53,417 bases of DNA from Methanothrix sp. (GCA_037128175.1 JBAXWY010000016.1:1-53417); one strand, 5' to 3'. Shown: positions 39,867 through 49,783, counted from the stretch's first letter. A program made the numbers and translations. Notes: generated by a model from the letters alone, not told the origin.

Positions 39867-42800
39867 TTATTCTGATTTCCCCCAGGCCCTCTCCACCAGC
39901 CCCCAGCCGCGATCTTTGGCGTAGCTCTGCAGGACCTCCTGCACTAGGACCATAAACTGCTCCTGAGTTAAGCTAAGCTGCGCGGCCAGCCTCTCCACCA
40001 GCGGCTCGACGTTCTTCACATCATCGCTCTTGATGCTCCTTAAAACTATAGCGGCAAGGGCCATGAGCCGCAGACCTTCTTGCATCTTATCCTGCTGCAC
40101 AGCCAGAGCGCCGAGCTGGAAGAAGGCGCCCGCTTCCGCTGGTCTATCGGCCAGCTCTTGATTGATCAAAAGGGCTTTTTGGAAGCGATCAACTGCCGCC
40201 TCTTTCTCCCCGGCCTGAGAATGTATCATGCCCAGACTGTGCAAAATAGCGGCCTCGCCGGCCCGATCGCCCATCTCTGCAAAGAGCGGCAGAACCTCTG
40301 CATACTCAGCACCAGCCGACGGGAAGTCGCCCTTCTCCAGATCGAGGCTGGCCAGGTTGAAGAGGGCAAAAGCCTCGCCTTTACTGTCTCCGGCTGTTTT
40401 AAGAAGTTCCATTGATTTCACAAGCCCCTGGCGAGCGGCATCATAATCACACCTGCTCATATCCAGGCGGGCCATCTCCTGCAAAGCTGCGGCTTCCCCC
40501 TTCAAATCACCCAGGCTCTTCATGATCTCAACAATCTTCTGCAGCTTCTCGGCAGCAGCCGCGTTCTCGCCTTTCAACATGTCAATGGAGGCCAAACGGC
40601 TTATGCTGGCAGCTTCCCCAGACTGGTCACCGGCGTTATGAAATGCATCCGCAGCCTTTTGCAGGCTCTCTTTGGCCAGGTCATATTTTTCCAGGTGCAG
40701 GAGAGCCGTGCCTAGATCGTGGTAGGCGGCAGCGTCCGGAGCGATTTGCAGGGCCCGCCCGTACCACTCTGCCGCCTTTCTGTATTCGCCCTGATCCAGA
40801 TAGGCTCGGCCGATCCAGACAGTGGGGCCGGACGATTGCCGGTCCAGATCCAGTAGTTCCTGATTAAGCCTTATCAGTTCGTAGTAGTAACCGCGCCTCT
40901 GCAGGTAGCCACTGATGCTGGCTGTTACAGCGATGGCATTGCCTTGATCCTCGGCCGCCAGATAGTGCCCGCGTGCCTCCAGCAAGACATCTAAGCGGGA
41001 GAGGCGAAGCTCCGCTGAGCGCCCGGCCTTTGCCAGGTATCTCAGAAAATCGCCCGCCGCCTTTTGCGCGGCGTGCTGTTCCTGCGGGCTTAAGGCCGCC
41101 TGGAGTTCGACGCGAATGGATGAGGGCACCGCCCACAGCTCTCCCACCGGATAAGCTAAAGATAGACCCTGCCACTCGCCGGCATTGGCGGCGGCCTGCT
41201 CTGCCGTCAGGCCACAAACGGCGGCTAGACCTGCCGGGCTCATGGCAATGTTGTAGACCGCGGCCTGCGAAAGAGCACGGCCGGAGGCAGAGCCCAAACG
41301 AGAGGTGAGCTTGGCCAGAGGATCTTCGTTTGCAGCGAGATCTCCCCCGCTCAAGGCCTTGCCTGTTTGGGCCAGGCGAGAAGGAAGGCCCGAAGCGGCA
41401 GTATGATGCGTGGCAAGCTGGGCATAAGTGATCTCGCCTTTTTTATAACGATCCGCCAGGCCTTCATCCCGAAGAAGATATCTAATGAATGCCGCCTGGC
41501 CCAGGCCCTCCAGCTTCCACTGCACCGCGCGGGCCGGCAAGGTCAGGGCATCGGCAGGCAAAGCCCTACAGGTGATGATGGCACGTCCTGCGGTCATGCC
41601 TTTTAGCATCTGCAGGTAGAACTCGGCCAGATCCGGGTCAGAAATTTTGCAGGTCTTGCCATCCAGGTCCAGACCATCCCAAACCATCAGAATGCGAGAG
41701 GCTTTCAGCATTTCCAGCAAGCTATGCAGCCGCTCTCTGACGGTGCGCCTCGGGTCCTTGAGGGATTCGTCACCCATTCCGCTCAAATGGCCCACTGCCG
41801 CCTCCAGCAGCCTGACGGAAGTTATGCGGTTATGTGGCGAGCTGTAAATGGGCAGAACGCTGTAGCCGGGCTCGAGCAGGCAGGCAAGATGGACAGCAAG
41901 CGCGCTCTTGCCCACACCATCTGGACCGGTGATGATCAGAGCCTGCGCACCACCCTCTCGCAAGGCGGGCAGGAGTCGCTCTAGATCGCGTCTCCGGTCC
42001 ACAAAACACTCCGCCCGCCCTTCCTCCGTCAGGCCCGGCAGGACGAGCAGCTTCGGGGCGAGGGGGACTGACGTAGCTCTCTTTTGAGAGTCGTAGATCT
42101 TTGGCGGATCATAGATCGAGTACAGCGCAGGAACTGAAACGGGCGCAGGAGCTGGAACAGGAGATGCAGCGACCTCCCGGAGCACGGATAGCAGCGCTTC
42201 ATCCATTGATTGACCGGCGACCAGGGCCCGGTATAGGGGCTTGGTGGCAGCAGTCGGTGCATCCCAGGCCACGGCCAGAGGAATGCTCTCCGCCAGCCTC
42301 TGGCAGAGCAGATGTAGAGCTAAGGGGGGTTCGCTCTGCCGACCACTCAGAATGATGCCCACAAGGCCGGAGTCCTTCAGGGCCGCGGCCAGCTCCTCAG
42401 CCGACCTTAGATCGGCCCGGCCCGCCTGTCCCTGCATAGAGAATACCGCACCGCTACTGGTCACTTTCCCCTGGCCTGCCAGGTGCACCAGATGGGGGCG
42501 GAAGGTCTCTACCTTGTTCAACAGCTCCTCCCAGGTGCCGCTCTCAGAGATGACGACTGTCATGTCCAGCCCCTCAGCCACCTTTTGGATCGACTGCTCT
42601 TCTTCTTCAAAGTCCAACGGCTCAGCGGCCAAAAAAAGTACGCGCAGCGGCCCCGGCGAAAGCTTCGTCGAGGAGGCAATAAGCCCGTACGCTGCCTTTG
42701 GCAGGCGAATGATGCCGAAGCTCTCATTGCCGCCCGGCTGCCTGGAAAGATGGAGCAGCTCCCAGGGCAGTTGCAGCACCTCCGGGATGGACGAGGCAAC

Positions 42801-43088
42801 CGTCAGCCGTGCACCCGGCAGGATCATAGCTGCAAAATCCTGCCCGCTTGACTCCAGGAAGAGATGAATTAATCCGTCCCGAAGGATGGGCAGATAGCTT
42901 TTAGCTCTGGCCAGACCTGTGCCCTGTAAAAGAGAGAAGTACTGAGATGCGGTCTCCAGTACCTGCTGAGTCTGAACTGGGTTAAGCGTTCTCTCTGCCA
43001 CGACATTGCCCTCAATCAGGATTTTATAGGCAAAGGTCCTGGCGGCGGCAGTCCCCGCCTCCGAAACCGTGATTGTGATATTTTGCAT
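39867..43088 (-). CDS. CHAT-like + STAND/NB-ARC ATPase + TPR protein
   Basis: LPWELL and PLRVLFLAAEP CHAT pattern; Walker A GPDGVGKS; Walker B LMVWDGLD; C-terminal TPRs. Confidence 0.82.
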   Translation of the reverse strand: MQNITITVSEAGTAAARTFAYKILIEGNVVAERTLNPVQTQQVLETASQYFSLLQGTGLARAKSYLPILRDGLIHLFLESSGQDFAAMILPGARLTVASSIPEVLQLPWELLHLSRQPGGNESFGIIRLPKAAYGLIASSTKLSPGPLRVLFLAAEPLDFEEEEQSIQKVAEGLDMTVVISESGTWEELLNKVETFRPHLVHLAGQGKVTSSGAVFSMQGQAGRADLRSAEELAAALKDSGLVGIILSGRQSEPPLALHLLCQRLAESIPLAVAWDAPTAATKPLYRALVAGQSMDEALLSVLREVAASPVPAPAPVSVPALYSIYDPPKIYDSQKRATSVPLAPKLLVLPGLTEEGRAECFVDRRRDLERLLPALREGGAQALIITGPDGVGKSALAVHLACLLEPGYSVLPIYSSPHNRITSVRLLEAAVGHLSGMGDESLKDPRRTVRERLHSLLEMLKASRILMVWDGLDLDGKTCKISDPDLAEFYLQMLKGMTAGRAIITCRALPADALTLPARAVQWKLEGLGQAAFIRYLLRDEGLADRYKKGEITYAQLATHHTAASGLPSRLAQTGKALSGGDLAANEDPLAKLTSRLGSASGRALSQAAVYNIAMSPAGLAAVCGLTAEQAAANAGEWQGLSLAYPVGELWAVPSSIRVELQAALSPQEQHAAQKAAGDFLRYLAKAGRSAELRLSRLDVLLEARGHYLAAEDQGNAIAVTASISGYLQRRGYYYELIRLNQELLDLDRQSSGPTVWIGRAYLDQGEYRKAAEWYGRALQIAPDAAAYHDLGTALLHLEKYDLAKESLQKAADAFHNAGDQSGEAASISRLASIDMLKGENAAAAEKLQKIVEIMKSLGDLKGEAAALQEMARLDMSRCDYDAARQGLVKSMELLKTAGDSKGEAFALFNLASLDLEKGDFPSAGAEYAEVLPLFAEMGDRAGEAAILHSLGMIHSQAGEKEAAVDRFQKALLINQELADRPAEAGAFFQLGALAVQQDKMQEGLRLMALAAIVLRSIKSDDVKNVEPLVERLAAQLSLTQEQFMVLVQEVLQSYAKDRGWGLVERAWGKSE

Positions 43089-43126
43089 CTTTGCTCATCC
43101 TTGCATTTTTAATTTTTATTATTACT

Positions 43127-43237
43127 TTATTCCAGGGCAGTTCGGGACTTCAGCTCGCAATAGTCCTTGGGCCCCAGATGCACGACCACTTCCCTGACCC
43201 CTGTGATATTGCTTTTTATTGAGCGTTCCACATCCTC
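43127..43237 (-). pseudogene. Orphan 3' fragment resembling a cation diffusion facilitator C-terminal dimerisation domain
   Basis: EDVERSIKSNITGVREVVVHLGPKDYCELKSRTALE*; no parent gene upstream; abuts the CGCGAAG repeat. Confidence 0.45.
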
Positions 43238-43239
43238 TT

Positions 43240-43285
43240 CTTCGCGGCTTCACGCGAGATTCAGGGTATCACGCGAAGGCGCGAA
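43240..43285. repeat. Solo inverted pair of the GxxExxY-associated CGCGAAG repeat
   Basis: cttcgcggcttcacgcgaga...tcacgcgaaggcgcgaa, same unit as at 8608, 9958, 10212, 10309 and 10730. Confidence 0.75.
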
Positions 43286-43315
43286 TGAGACCGGGCACTT
43301 TCCCTATGCCCGGAG

Positions 43316-43978
43316 CTAAATCACAGTTATCACTGTGGGCAGGCCCCGGCCCCGCAGATCCTCCTCTGCCAAGACCCTGCGGTTGCCTTCCCGATCCACG
43401 AGTGTCAAATTCCGCAGATGCCACTCACCCGTCTCATTGCTAGGGGGAAGAAGCATCTGTGCGCCGTAATATCCATCTTTGGCATTTCCCGAGGTGAGGC
43501 TCTGAGAAGAGAAGAGCGCGGATGCATCTTCTCCCCGCGGACCGGAAAATATCGCCTCTGCCGCCCAAACAGCCTGGTCGTCGATAAGGTGGGCTGTCAG
43601 GTTGATGAGCTGGGGCCAGGCGGCGAAGAGCTGCTGCGGCTGGAAAGCAAATCCCGCTACGTTAGGCGACTGATCATCGGCCAGGGCGCTTGCGCCGCCG
43701 ATTTGGGGCGGGGCGAGGGGATCGGCAGCGCCATTGGAGGAAAAACTTTCGCTGCTGCTTCCAATCTTTATGGTCTTCTCAATGGAAAAGGAGCCCACCA
43801 GGTCCTCCACGCTCTTGCCGTAGGCAGAGGCCGGGGCCGCGAGGGCGAGAAGAAGGAGAAGAACGAGAGCTAGAATTCTAGTATGCAAACTGGGTTCACC
43901 CTTAGTGCGGTTGGCAGACGGAGACAAAAATCTTTTCCCTGGCTGAACTAATAAGCGGGCTAGAAGACCTGGAGACAA
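43316..43978 (-). CDS. Secreted hypothetical protein (start probably ~43888)
   Basis: RILALVLLLLLALAAPASA signal peptide; GEWHLRNLTLVDREGN Ig-like segment. Confidence 0.65.
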   Translation of the reverse strand: MSPGLLARLLVQPGKRFLSPSANRTKGEPSLHTRILALVLLLLLALAAPASAYGKSVEDLVGSFSIEKTIKIGSSSESFSSNGAADPLAPPQIGGASALADDQSPNVAGFAFQPQQLFAAWPQLINLTAHLIDDQAVWAAEAIFSGPRGEDASALFSSQSLTSGNAKDGYYGAQMLLPPSNETGEWHLRNLTLVDREGNRRVLAEEDLRGRGLPTVITVI

Positions 43979-44016
43979 AAAAGAAGTTTTGGAATATAAT
44001 CATGATATAATCGAGA

Positions 44017-44472
44017 TCACACGATGTCACAGACGAAGTACATCTTTCCCGTATCTCGCATGGCTTTGATGGGAATGCCCAGCTTCAAGGTATCAATCTT
44101 CACGTGCTCGGGATTAAATGGATCTCTGCCACCTACACCTTTTCCAATCTTGAATGAACCCGCGAGTTCGCTGGCTGATTGGGCGGAGGAGGCACCTGCG
44201 GTAACCATGGGTGCAACACCGGCCATCTCGCTAATGTCAGCGACTACAATCGGTTTGCCATTCACAGTGCTTAGATTCTGAGCGGTATGAATTGCTGCCC
44301 CAATATTTAATGCAGCATCTTTAGAATCATTTGCAGGTGTGGTATTGTTCAGAATAGTGCTATTCAATGTGACATTATTCGCGGTGGCATTGGTCTCCTG
44401 AGCGGTCACGGCAAATGTTGCCGCCATTGCCAGAATCAAGATGCCTGCAAGATATATGAACTGCTTATTCAT
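44017..44472 (-). CDS. Secreted, probably N-glycosylated hypothetical protein
   Basis: Signal peptide and multiple N-x-S/T sequons; resembles the neighbouring gene. Confidence 0.7.
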   Translation of the reverse strand: MNKQFIYLAGILILAMAATFAVTAQETNATANNVTLNSTILNNTTPANDSKDAALNIGAAIHTAQNLSTVNGKPIVVADISEMAGVAPMVTAGASSAQSASELAGSFKIGKGVGGRDPFNPEHVKIDTLKLGIPIKAMRDTGKMYFVCDIV

Positions 44473-44582
44473 GTTTGTCCTCAGGTGGGGGAAGATAGCT
44501 TAGTAGCATATCAAATTAACCATTCCAAAAAATATATCCTGGGAACGCCCAGGAATCCGTTCGCAATACGGATGCAGAGATC

Positions 44583-45164
44583 TCAGATTTTGTTGACGAA
44601 AAAAGGCAAAGCGCTCAGGTCCATTATTGTCTTGGCAGGCAGGCCGACTTCGTAAGCACCCTGGGCCAGGGCTTTACCGTCGATTGAGAATTGGTTGGGG
44701 GTTTTTCCGATGCCGCCAATGGCAATGACCGTCCTTTGGGGTGACCCTATCTGCATTGCCCCAGGCTGCAAGACCGGGCTGGCTGTAATCGGCTCAGCAA
44801 CTGCTGTGATATTCTCAGACATAGTGGTATTTTGAGCAGGAGCTGTCTCGTTTTGAACTGCGATTACCTCTATCTGAGTGGGCGCAGTCTCATTTTGCAC
44901 CGGTACGGTCTCATTTTGGACAGGAATAATCTCACTTGCAGCCAAGACGGACTCATTTTCCGCAGAAACGGTCTCGTTCAGGGCCGTCTCATTAGCAGTC
45001 TCGGTCGGCAAAATTGGAGCTTCAATCAATGTGGTGTTATTGAGCAACGTTGTGTTGTTCAGGGTAGCATTATTCAACGCCGTCGTGTTCTCCTCTGCGG
45101 AGACGGCGAGGATGGCAGCCAACATGAACAGAACGCCTGCAAATTGGACAAATCTTTTACTCAT
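44583..45164 (-). CDS. Secreted, probably N-glycosylated hypothetical protein with VQNET repeats
   Basis: Signal peptide and dense NxT sequons. Confidence 0.7.
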   Translation of the reverse strand: MSKRFVQFAGVLFMLAAILAVSAEENTTALNNATLNNTTLLNNTTLIEAPILPTETANETALNETVSAENESVLAASEIIPVQNETVPVQNETAPTQIEVIAVQNETAPAQNTTMSENITAVAEPITASPVLQPGAMQIGSPQRTVIAIGGIGKTPNQFSIDGKALAQGAYEVGLPAKTIMDLSALPFFVNKI

Positions 45165-45207
45165 ATAATTCCTCAGCTTAATGGCATAGCTTGGGGGTTT
45201 ATCAATT

Positions 45208-45963
45208 CTATGCTCTCTTTATCTTGCCGTCATCCTCTCCCAGATCACAGCTCTCACTGGTGACAAAGCCACCATCCGTGCGCCTCATCTCGCAGACGAG
45301 CTTGCCGTCCACAATGCGCAGGATGCGGTCCGTCTTCTCGGCCAGTGCCATGTCATGCGTCACTAAAATGAAGGTCTGGTTGATCTTTCGGTTCAGCTCC
45401 CGCAGCAGGTTATAGATGAGTTCGGAGCTCTTTGTGTCCAGGTTGCCGGTCAGCTCATCGCCGATCACTATGGACGGCCCGTTGGCCAGGGCCCGGGCCA
45501 CGGCTACTCGCTGGTTCTGGCCGCCGGAGAGCTGATTGGGCCGGTTGTCCCGCCGATCGGCCAGGCCCACCGCAGACAGGAGTTCCAGGGCCCTCTCTTT
45601 AGCGGCAGCTTTGCTCTTTTTGGCGATGAGCATGGGCATCATGACGTTCTCTAAAGCGGAGAACTCCGGGATGAGGTGATGGTACTGAAAGACGAAGCCC
45701 AGCTCCTGATTGCGCAGCCTTGCTCGCTCCTCCGGGCTGGCCCGGCTGACATCTATCCCTTTGAGAAAGATCTGGCCGACGCTAGGCGTGTCCAGAAGGC
45801 CGATCATGTTGAGCAGCGTGCTCTTTCCGCTGCCGCTGGGGCCCACAATGGCTACAAACTCGCCCGCCTTGATTTTGACGCTGACGCCGTCTAAGGCCCG
45901 TACCTCTACGCCGTTTCCATAGATCTTGCTCAGATCTTTGAGCACAATTATGTCGTCACTCAC
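45208..45963 (-). CDS. ABC transporter ATP-binding protein (LolD/MacB-like)
   Basis: GPSGSGKST, LSGGQNQRVA, DELTGNLD, VTHD. Confidence 0.92.
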   Translation of the reverse strand: MSDDIIVLKDLSKIYGNGVEVRALDGVSVKIKAGEFVAIVGPSGSGKSTLLNMIGLLDTPSVGQIFLKGIDVSRASPEERARLRNQELGFVFQYHHLIPEFSALENVMMPMLIAKKSKAAAKERALELLSAVGLADRRDNRPNQLSGGQNQRVAVARALANGPSIVIGDELTGNLDTKSSELIYNLLRELNRKINQTFILVTHDMALAEKTDRILRIVDGKLVCEMRRTDGGFVTSESCDLGEDDGKIKRA

Positions 45964-47113
45964 TTGCTATCGCCTCCACGGGATCAAGCCTTGCGGCCGC
46001 GTAGGCCGGATAAATTCCGGCTATGAAGTTTAGGGCCAGGGCAAAGATCATGGCGTAGACAAAGTACTCCGGGCGGGCTACGATAAGCACCCCGGCTTTG
46101 CTGCCGGTGCTTGTCACATCCAGGGGAAGAAGTGATATCAGCTTAGCCAGGCCAAGGCCGAGCAAGCAGCCTAGAGCCCCAGCCGGCACGCTGATGAGCA
46201 TATTCTCCAGCAAGAATATCTTGAGGATGGAGCGTCTTTCCGCTCCCAGGGCCATGAGGATGCCGATCTCCTTTTTCCGTCTGCTGACCACCATGATCGT
46301 CGTATTGGCTATTACAAAGGCCGATATTAATAGTATGAATATGTAGAAGAGCATGTTTGTCACATTTTGATTGCCCACGAATCTGGCTATCTCTTTGCTG
46401 AAGTCCTGCCAGCTGGTGGTCTTGTATGGGCTCTTTCCATTCAACTCCCTACTTATGGCCGGAGCATTTGCGAAATCCACAAGTTTCACGCCTATCTCGG
46501 AGACCACATCGCCCTGGCCGATAAGCTCTTGGGATGTGTCCAGAGAGATGTAGACCAGTGTCTCATCCTTGACGGTTCCCTTTTCCAGCAGACCGATGAC
46601 CTTCAGCCGCACGGAATTGTTCTTAAAATAGAGATAGAAGTCCCCGCCTGGCCTGATCTTGAGGTTCTGTGCCAATTTCGCACCCAGTATGGCTCCCTTC
46701 TTACTGAATATCAGGTCGGAGAAGTTGCCGGAGATCATAGACTCCTGGACACCCATGAGCTGATTCTCCTCTTCAGGGTGCACACCCACAAATTCCACTC
46801 CCTGCACCCGGTCCTGGAAACGCACGGCTCCCTGGCCTACCAGCCGGGGCGAGACAGATAAAACGCCCGGATAATCTGCCGTCGTCTCGGAGAGCGTCCG
46901 GTACATATTGATGTAGCTTTCTGTATTCTTGGGATTGATTATGAGGTGCGCATTTTTCTCGATCGTATTCTCCAGGATCTGCACCCTCACCCCTTCCGTA
47001 AGTCCCAGAGACATGATGATGATGCCTACTGCGATGGCGACAGAGATCATAGTGAAGGCGGTGCCCCTCCGGTTGGTCGTCACATGCCGCCTGGCAATAT
47101 CAAGTTCGAACAT
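45956..47113 (-). CDS. FtsX/LolE-like ABC permease
   Basis: N-terminal TM, large periplasmic-type domain, RKKEIGILMALGA, AARLDPVEAI. Confidence 0.88.
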   Translation of the reverse strand: MFELDIARRHVTTNRRGTAFTMISVAIAVGIIIMSLGLTEGVRVQILENTIEKNAHLIINPKNTESYINMYRTLSETTADYPGVLSVSPRLVGQGAVRFQDRVQGVEFVGVHPEEENQLMGVQESMISGNFSDLIFSKKGAILGAKLAQNLKIRPGGDFYLYFKNNSVRLKVIGLLEKGTVKDETLVYISLDTSQELIGQGDVVSEIGVKLVDFANAPAISRELNGKSPYKTTSWQDFSKEIARFVGNQNVTNMLFYIFILLISAFVIANTTIMVVSRRKKEIGILMALGAERRSILKIFLLENMLISVPAGALGCLLGLGLAKLISLLPLDVTSTGSKAGVLIVARPEYFVYAMIFALALNFIAGIYPAYAAARLDPVEAIASE

Positions 47114-47124
47114 CTCCTCCGCCC

Positions 47125-48291
47125 TCAGCCGCCCCGCAAGGCCATGACCGGATCGAGCCGGGAGGCTTTTCTTGCCGGATAGACGGCTGCCACTATGCTC
47201 AAAGCTACTGCCCAAAAGACGAGCAAGAAAATCTCCCAGGGGTTTATGATGAGAGGCAGAGTGGTTATCTCGCTTCCTCCGGCTGCTATCTCAAAGGGCA
47301 CATTTCCCAGAAGTAGCACACCAGCCAGGCCGAGAGCGGTGCCTGCTGCCGCGCCCATTAAACCCAGAATGGCGCTCTCCGCCAGAAAGATATCCCGGAT
47401 ATTCGATCTCTTGGCACCCATGGCCATGAGCATGCCGATCTCTCTTGTCTTCTCCACCACGAGCAGGTTCATGATGCTGGCCACGCCGAAAAAGGCCACC
47501 ACCATAAAGAGCAGGACCGAGAATCTGGTCCAAAAGCCGCCGATGTTTATGGCCCGCATGATCTCAGGATTGTTCTCTTGCCAGCTTAATGCATTGTAGC
47601 CCCAGGTGGAGATCTGGGCGGCCAGCCCTTTTGCGGAGCCGATGTCCTGCAAGCTGATCTCAACGGCATTTATCACATCCCCCTTATCACGAAAATTGCG
47701 GGCCGTCTTCAAGGAGACAAAGGCTACTCTTTCATCCAGAGGCGTGCCGGTAAAAAAGATGCAGGTAACGGTTAGATCGGTTGCTCTTGCATTGGGAAAC
47801 GTGGCGTAGACCTTATCACCCAATTTGATATCCAGATTCTCGGCTAAGGTACGGCCCAATGCAGCATTACCCGTTTGCTGGATGCTGCCGAAATCGCCCT
47901 GCACCATTGATGCGCCGATCTTGTAGATCTTGTCCATTTCCAGAGGGTCTGATCCCTTCAGCAGAGCGTTTTTAGTCTTGTCTTTGCGAGACAGTGTGGC
48001 TGTGGTCGAGAGGGATGCCGCACGGGATTTTATGCCCGGCAGTGTCCCGATCCTATCCAGAAGGCCCTTGTAGAGGTGAATGAATTCCTCGCCTGGCTCT
48101 GGCTTGACTACAACATGGGGAAGCTTCTCTTCCACAAGGCCCGTGAGAATCTGCTGCTGGCCGGTGACAAGAGATGTGAAGATAACCGAGATGCTCACCG
48201 CTAAAGCTACCGCCAGCACAGAGAGAATGGTCTGGCGTCTTCGGGAGATTATGTGCCTGATGGCAATGGTCACGGCCAGATTATCGATCAT
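47125..48291 (-). CDS. FtsX/LolC-like ABC permease
   Basis: EKTREIGMLMAMGA, YPARKASRLDPVMAL. Confidence 0.88.
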   Translation of the reverse strand: MIDNLAVTIAIRHIISRRRQTILSVLAVALAVSISVIFTSLVTGQQQILTGLVEEKLPHVVVKPEPGEEFIHLYKGLLDRIGTLPGIKSRAASLSTTATLSRKDKTKNALLKGSDPLEMDKIYKIGASMVQGDFGSIQQTGNAALGRTLAENLDIKLGDKVYATFPNARATDLTVTCIFFTGTPLDERVAFVSLKTARNFRDKGDVINAVEISLQDIGSAKGLAAQISTWGYNALSWQENNPEIMRAINIGGFWTRFSVLLFMVVAFFGVASIMNLLVVEKTREIGMLMAMGAKRSNIRDIFLAESAILGLMGAAAGTALGLAGVLLLGNVPFEIAAGGSEITTLPLIINPWEIFLLVFWAVALSIVAAVYPARKASRLDPVMALRGG

Positions 48292-48417
48292 CTAGCTTTG
48301 ACTTGATAGTAATTTGTTTTCATGTTTTTCTATCTCAAATTTGGCATATGCAACGTCATACATTTTCTATCGCCATTTTATTGCCCGGATTCTAAATGCG
48401 GGAAAAGAATATAAAAC

Positions 48418-48597
48418 TACTTGCTCGCGGCCTCCACAATCCCGATCTCCTCCTCCGCCAGCCCATAAAACCGGGCCCCGCATCGATCTGCCCGTCCGTG
48501 GCCTCGATCTGGCCGCTGTCGGGCGGTTTTTTCGTGAGGCTTGCCAGCTTTCGGGAAGCCGTTTATGCAAGGCGAGCAACCGAGTTTGGAAAACCAA
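48418..48597 (-). repeat. Array repeat R1: degenerate Type IIG RM C-terminus fragment
   Basis: Across frameshifts encodes LLALHKRLPE..PHEKT..QIEATDGQID..YGLAEEEIGIVE. Confidence 0.88.
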
Positions 48598-48620
48598 TGA
48601 ATGCTGATATGATTTCCGGT

Positions 48621-49187
48621 TTATAATAGTCTCAAGTAGTCCATTATCTCATTTGTTGTGTAAACTTTGACTACACTCTGCTTTTTCATATGCGTGTCAT
48701 TGCTCCAAATTGGACAATTCAAGGACATGGCTAGCGCCACAAAGAAGGAATCATCAATATCAATATCTTGCATAATCTCTTTGGCTTTAGCCTTGAATGT
48801 CTCTTTGTGTCCAAAAGAAGTGAAACGGCGGCGGCGCACCCGCGCAGCAAGCTGCGGGGCATCCAAGGCGCCGCCGCATGAAGGTGGAACCAGGTTAAGC
48901 TGATCCAAACCTAAGCTGAATAAGCATGCCCTTTATCCCCGATGCAAGCATCGGGGTATTGCTTTAAAAATAAAATCGATTCTGCTGAAAACAATCTCAC
49001 TCAAATAATTCAGAGATTGCTCGTCTAATTTTGACTTGCGTAAAATTTCGCTTTTGTGTGTCTCTATCTCAATTTTGGCATAGTCAGCCGAGTACATCTT
49101 GAAGGGCGATAAGAAAATGATCTTTCGAGTAAGGCCATTTTTGAGAAGCGAAGCGATGAGTACATTTGTATCTAATACTATCTCCAT
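48621..49187 (-). pseudogene. PIN-domain toxin interrupted by a 150-bp insertion
   Basis: MEIVLDTNVLIAS...SRIDFI + SFGHKETF...DIDDSFFVALA...WSND; removing 48820-48969 restores a 138-aa frame. Confidence 0.88.
48820..48969 (-). mobile_element. Non-autonomous IS200/IS605-type mini-element (palindrome-associated)
   Basis: Inserted 3' of TTAT and ends in TCAC (boundary can slide by up to 2 nt); subterminal hairpins ccccgatgc-aa-gcatcgggg and cgcagc-aa-gctgcg. Confidence 0.8.
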
Positions 49188-49420
49188 CCCAGCTTCTCCA
49201 TTATGTCTCTCTTCATCCTATGATCAAGATCATTAACATCTTCTTCTGTAAGTTCGCTGTCCTTGAGAAGATCGTCAAATAGCATTAAAATAAATAGATC
49301 GTTTTTTATATCTTCTTTTATCTGATTCTCTAACCTTTTGCGTACCAGCAGATCGAGATCTTTATTCGACCTAATTCTTATCTCAATCTCTTGGGGAAGC
49401 TCGACTTCTATCGTCATCAT
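49178..49420 (-). CDS. Putative antitoxin
   Basis: 80 aa, MTIEVELPQEIE start, acidic, overlaps the PIN start. Confidence 0.7.
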   Translation of the reverse strand: MMTIEVELPQEIEIRIRSNKDLDLLVRKRLENQIKEDIKNDLFILMLFDDLLKDSELTEEDVNDLDHRMKRDIMEKLGWR

Positions 49421-49507
49421 TTATCGATAAATAGAAGACATGGTTGAGATATAAATCTAACCGTAATTAATTTTTTTCTACGCCCATGGACTTAATTCTC
49501 TCCATCA

Positions 49508-49783
49508 TTAATTTGTGGGCGGAAGGAATCTGATATCAAGTTTCCTCCATAGCTCGATCAAAGAGGCGATCATCTCCATTTTATGAGGATCGCTTCCCTC
49601 TTTTTCGCGAGTCAGACTTTTAAAAACAGTCTCCGCAAGTACTGAGAATGGGACACAAAGCTCTAGCGCGGGGTGATTATCGATGTGATCCAGAAGGCTG
49701 GAGGCTAGACGCACATTTCTTTCTCTTTTATCCTGACCGACAGAAAAGAAGAAAATGTCAGAATCAACTGCTACATGTTTCAT
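49508..49783 (-). pseudogene. 3'-truncated PIN-domain toxin
   Basis: VAVDSD...VPFSVLAE; stops at 91 aa, whereas the paralog at 52915 continues to the C-terminal D..TTD motifs. Confidence 0.75.
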
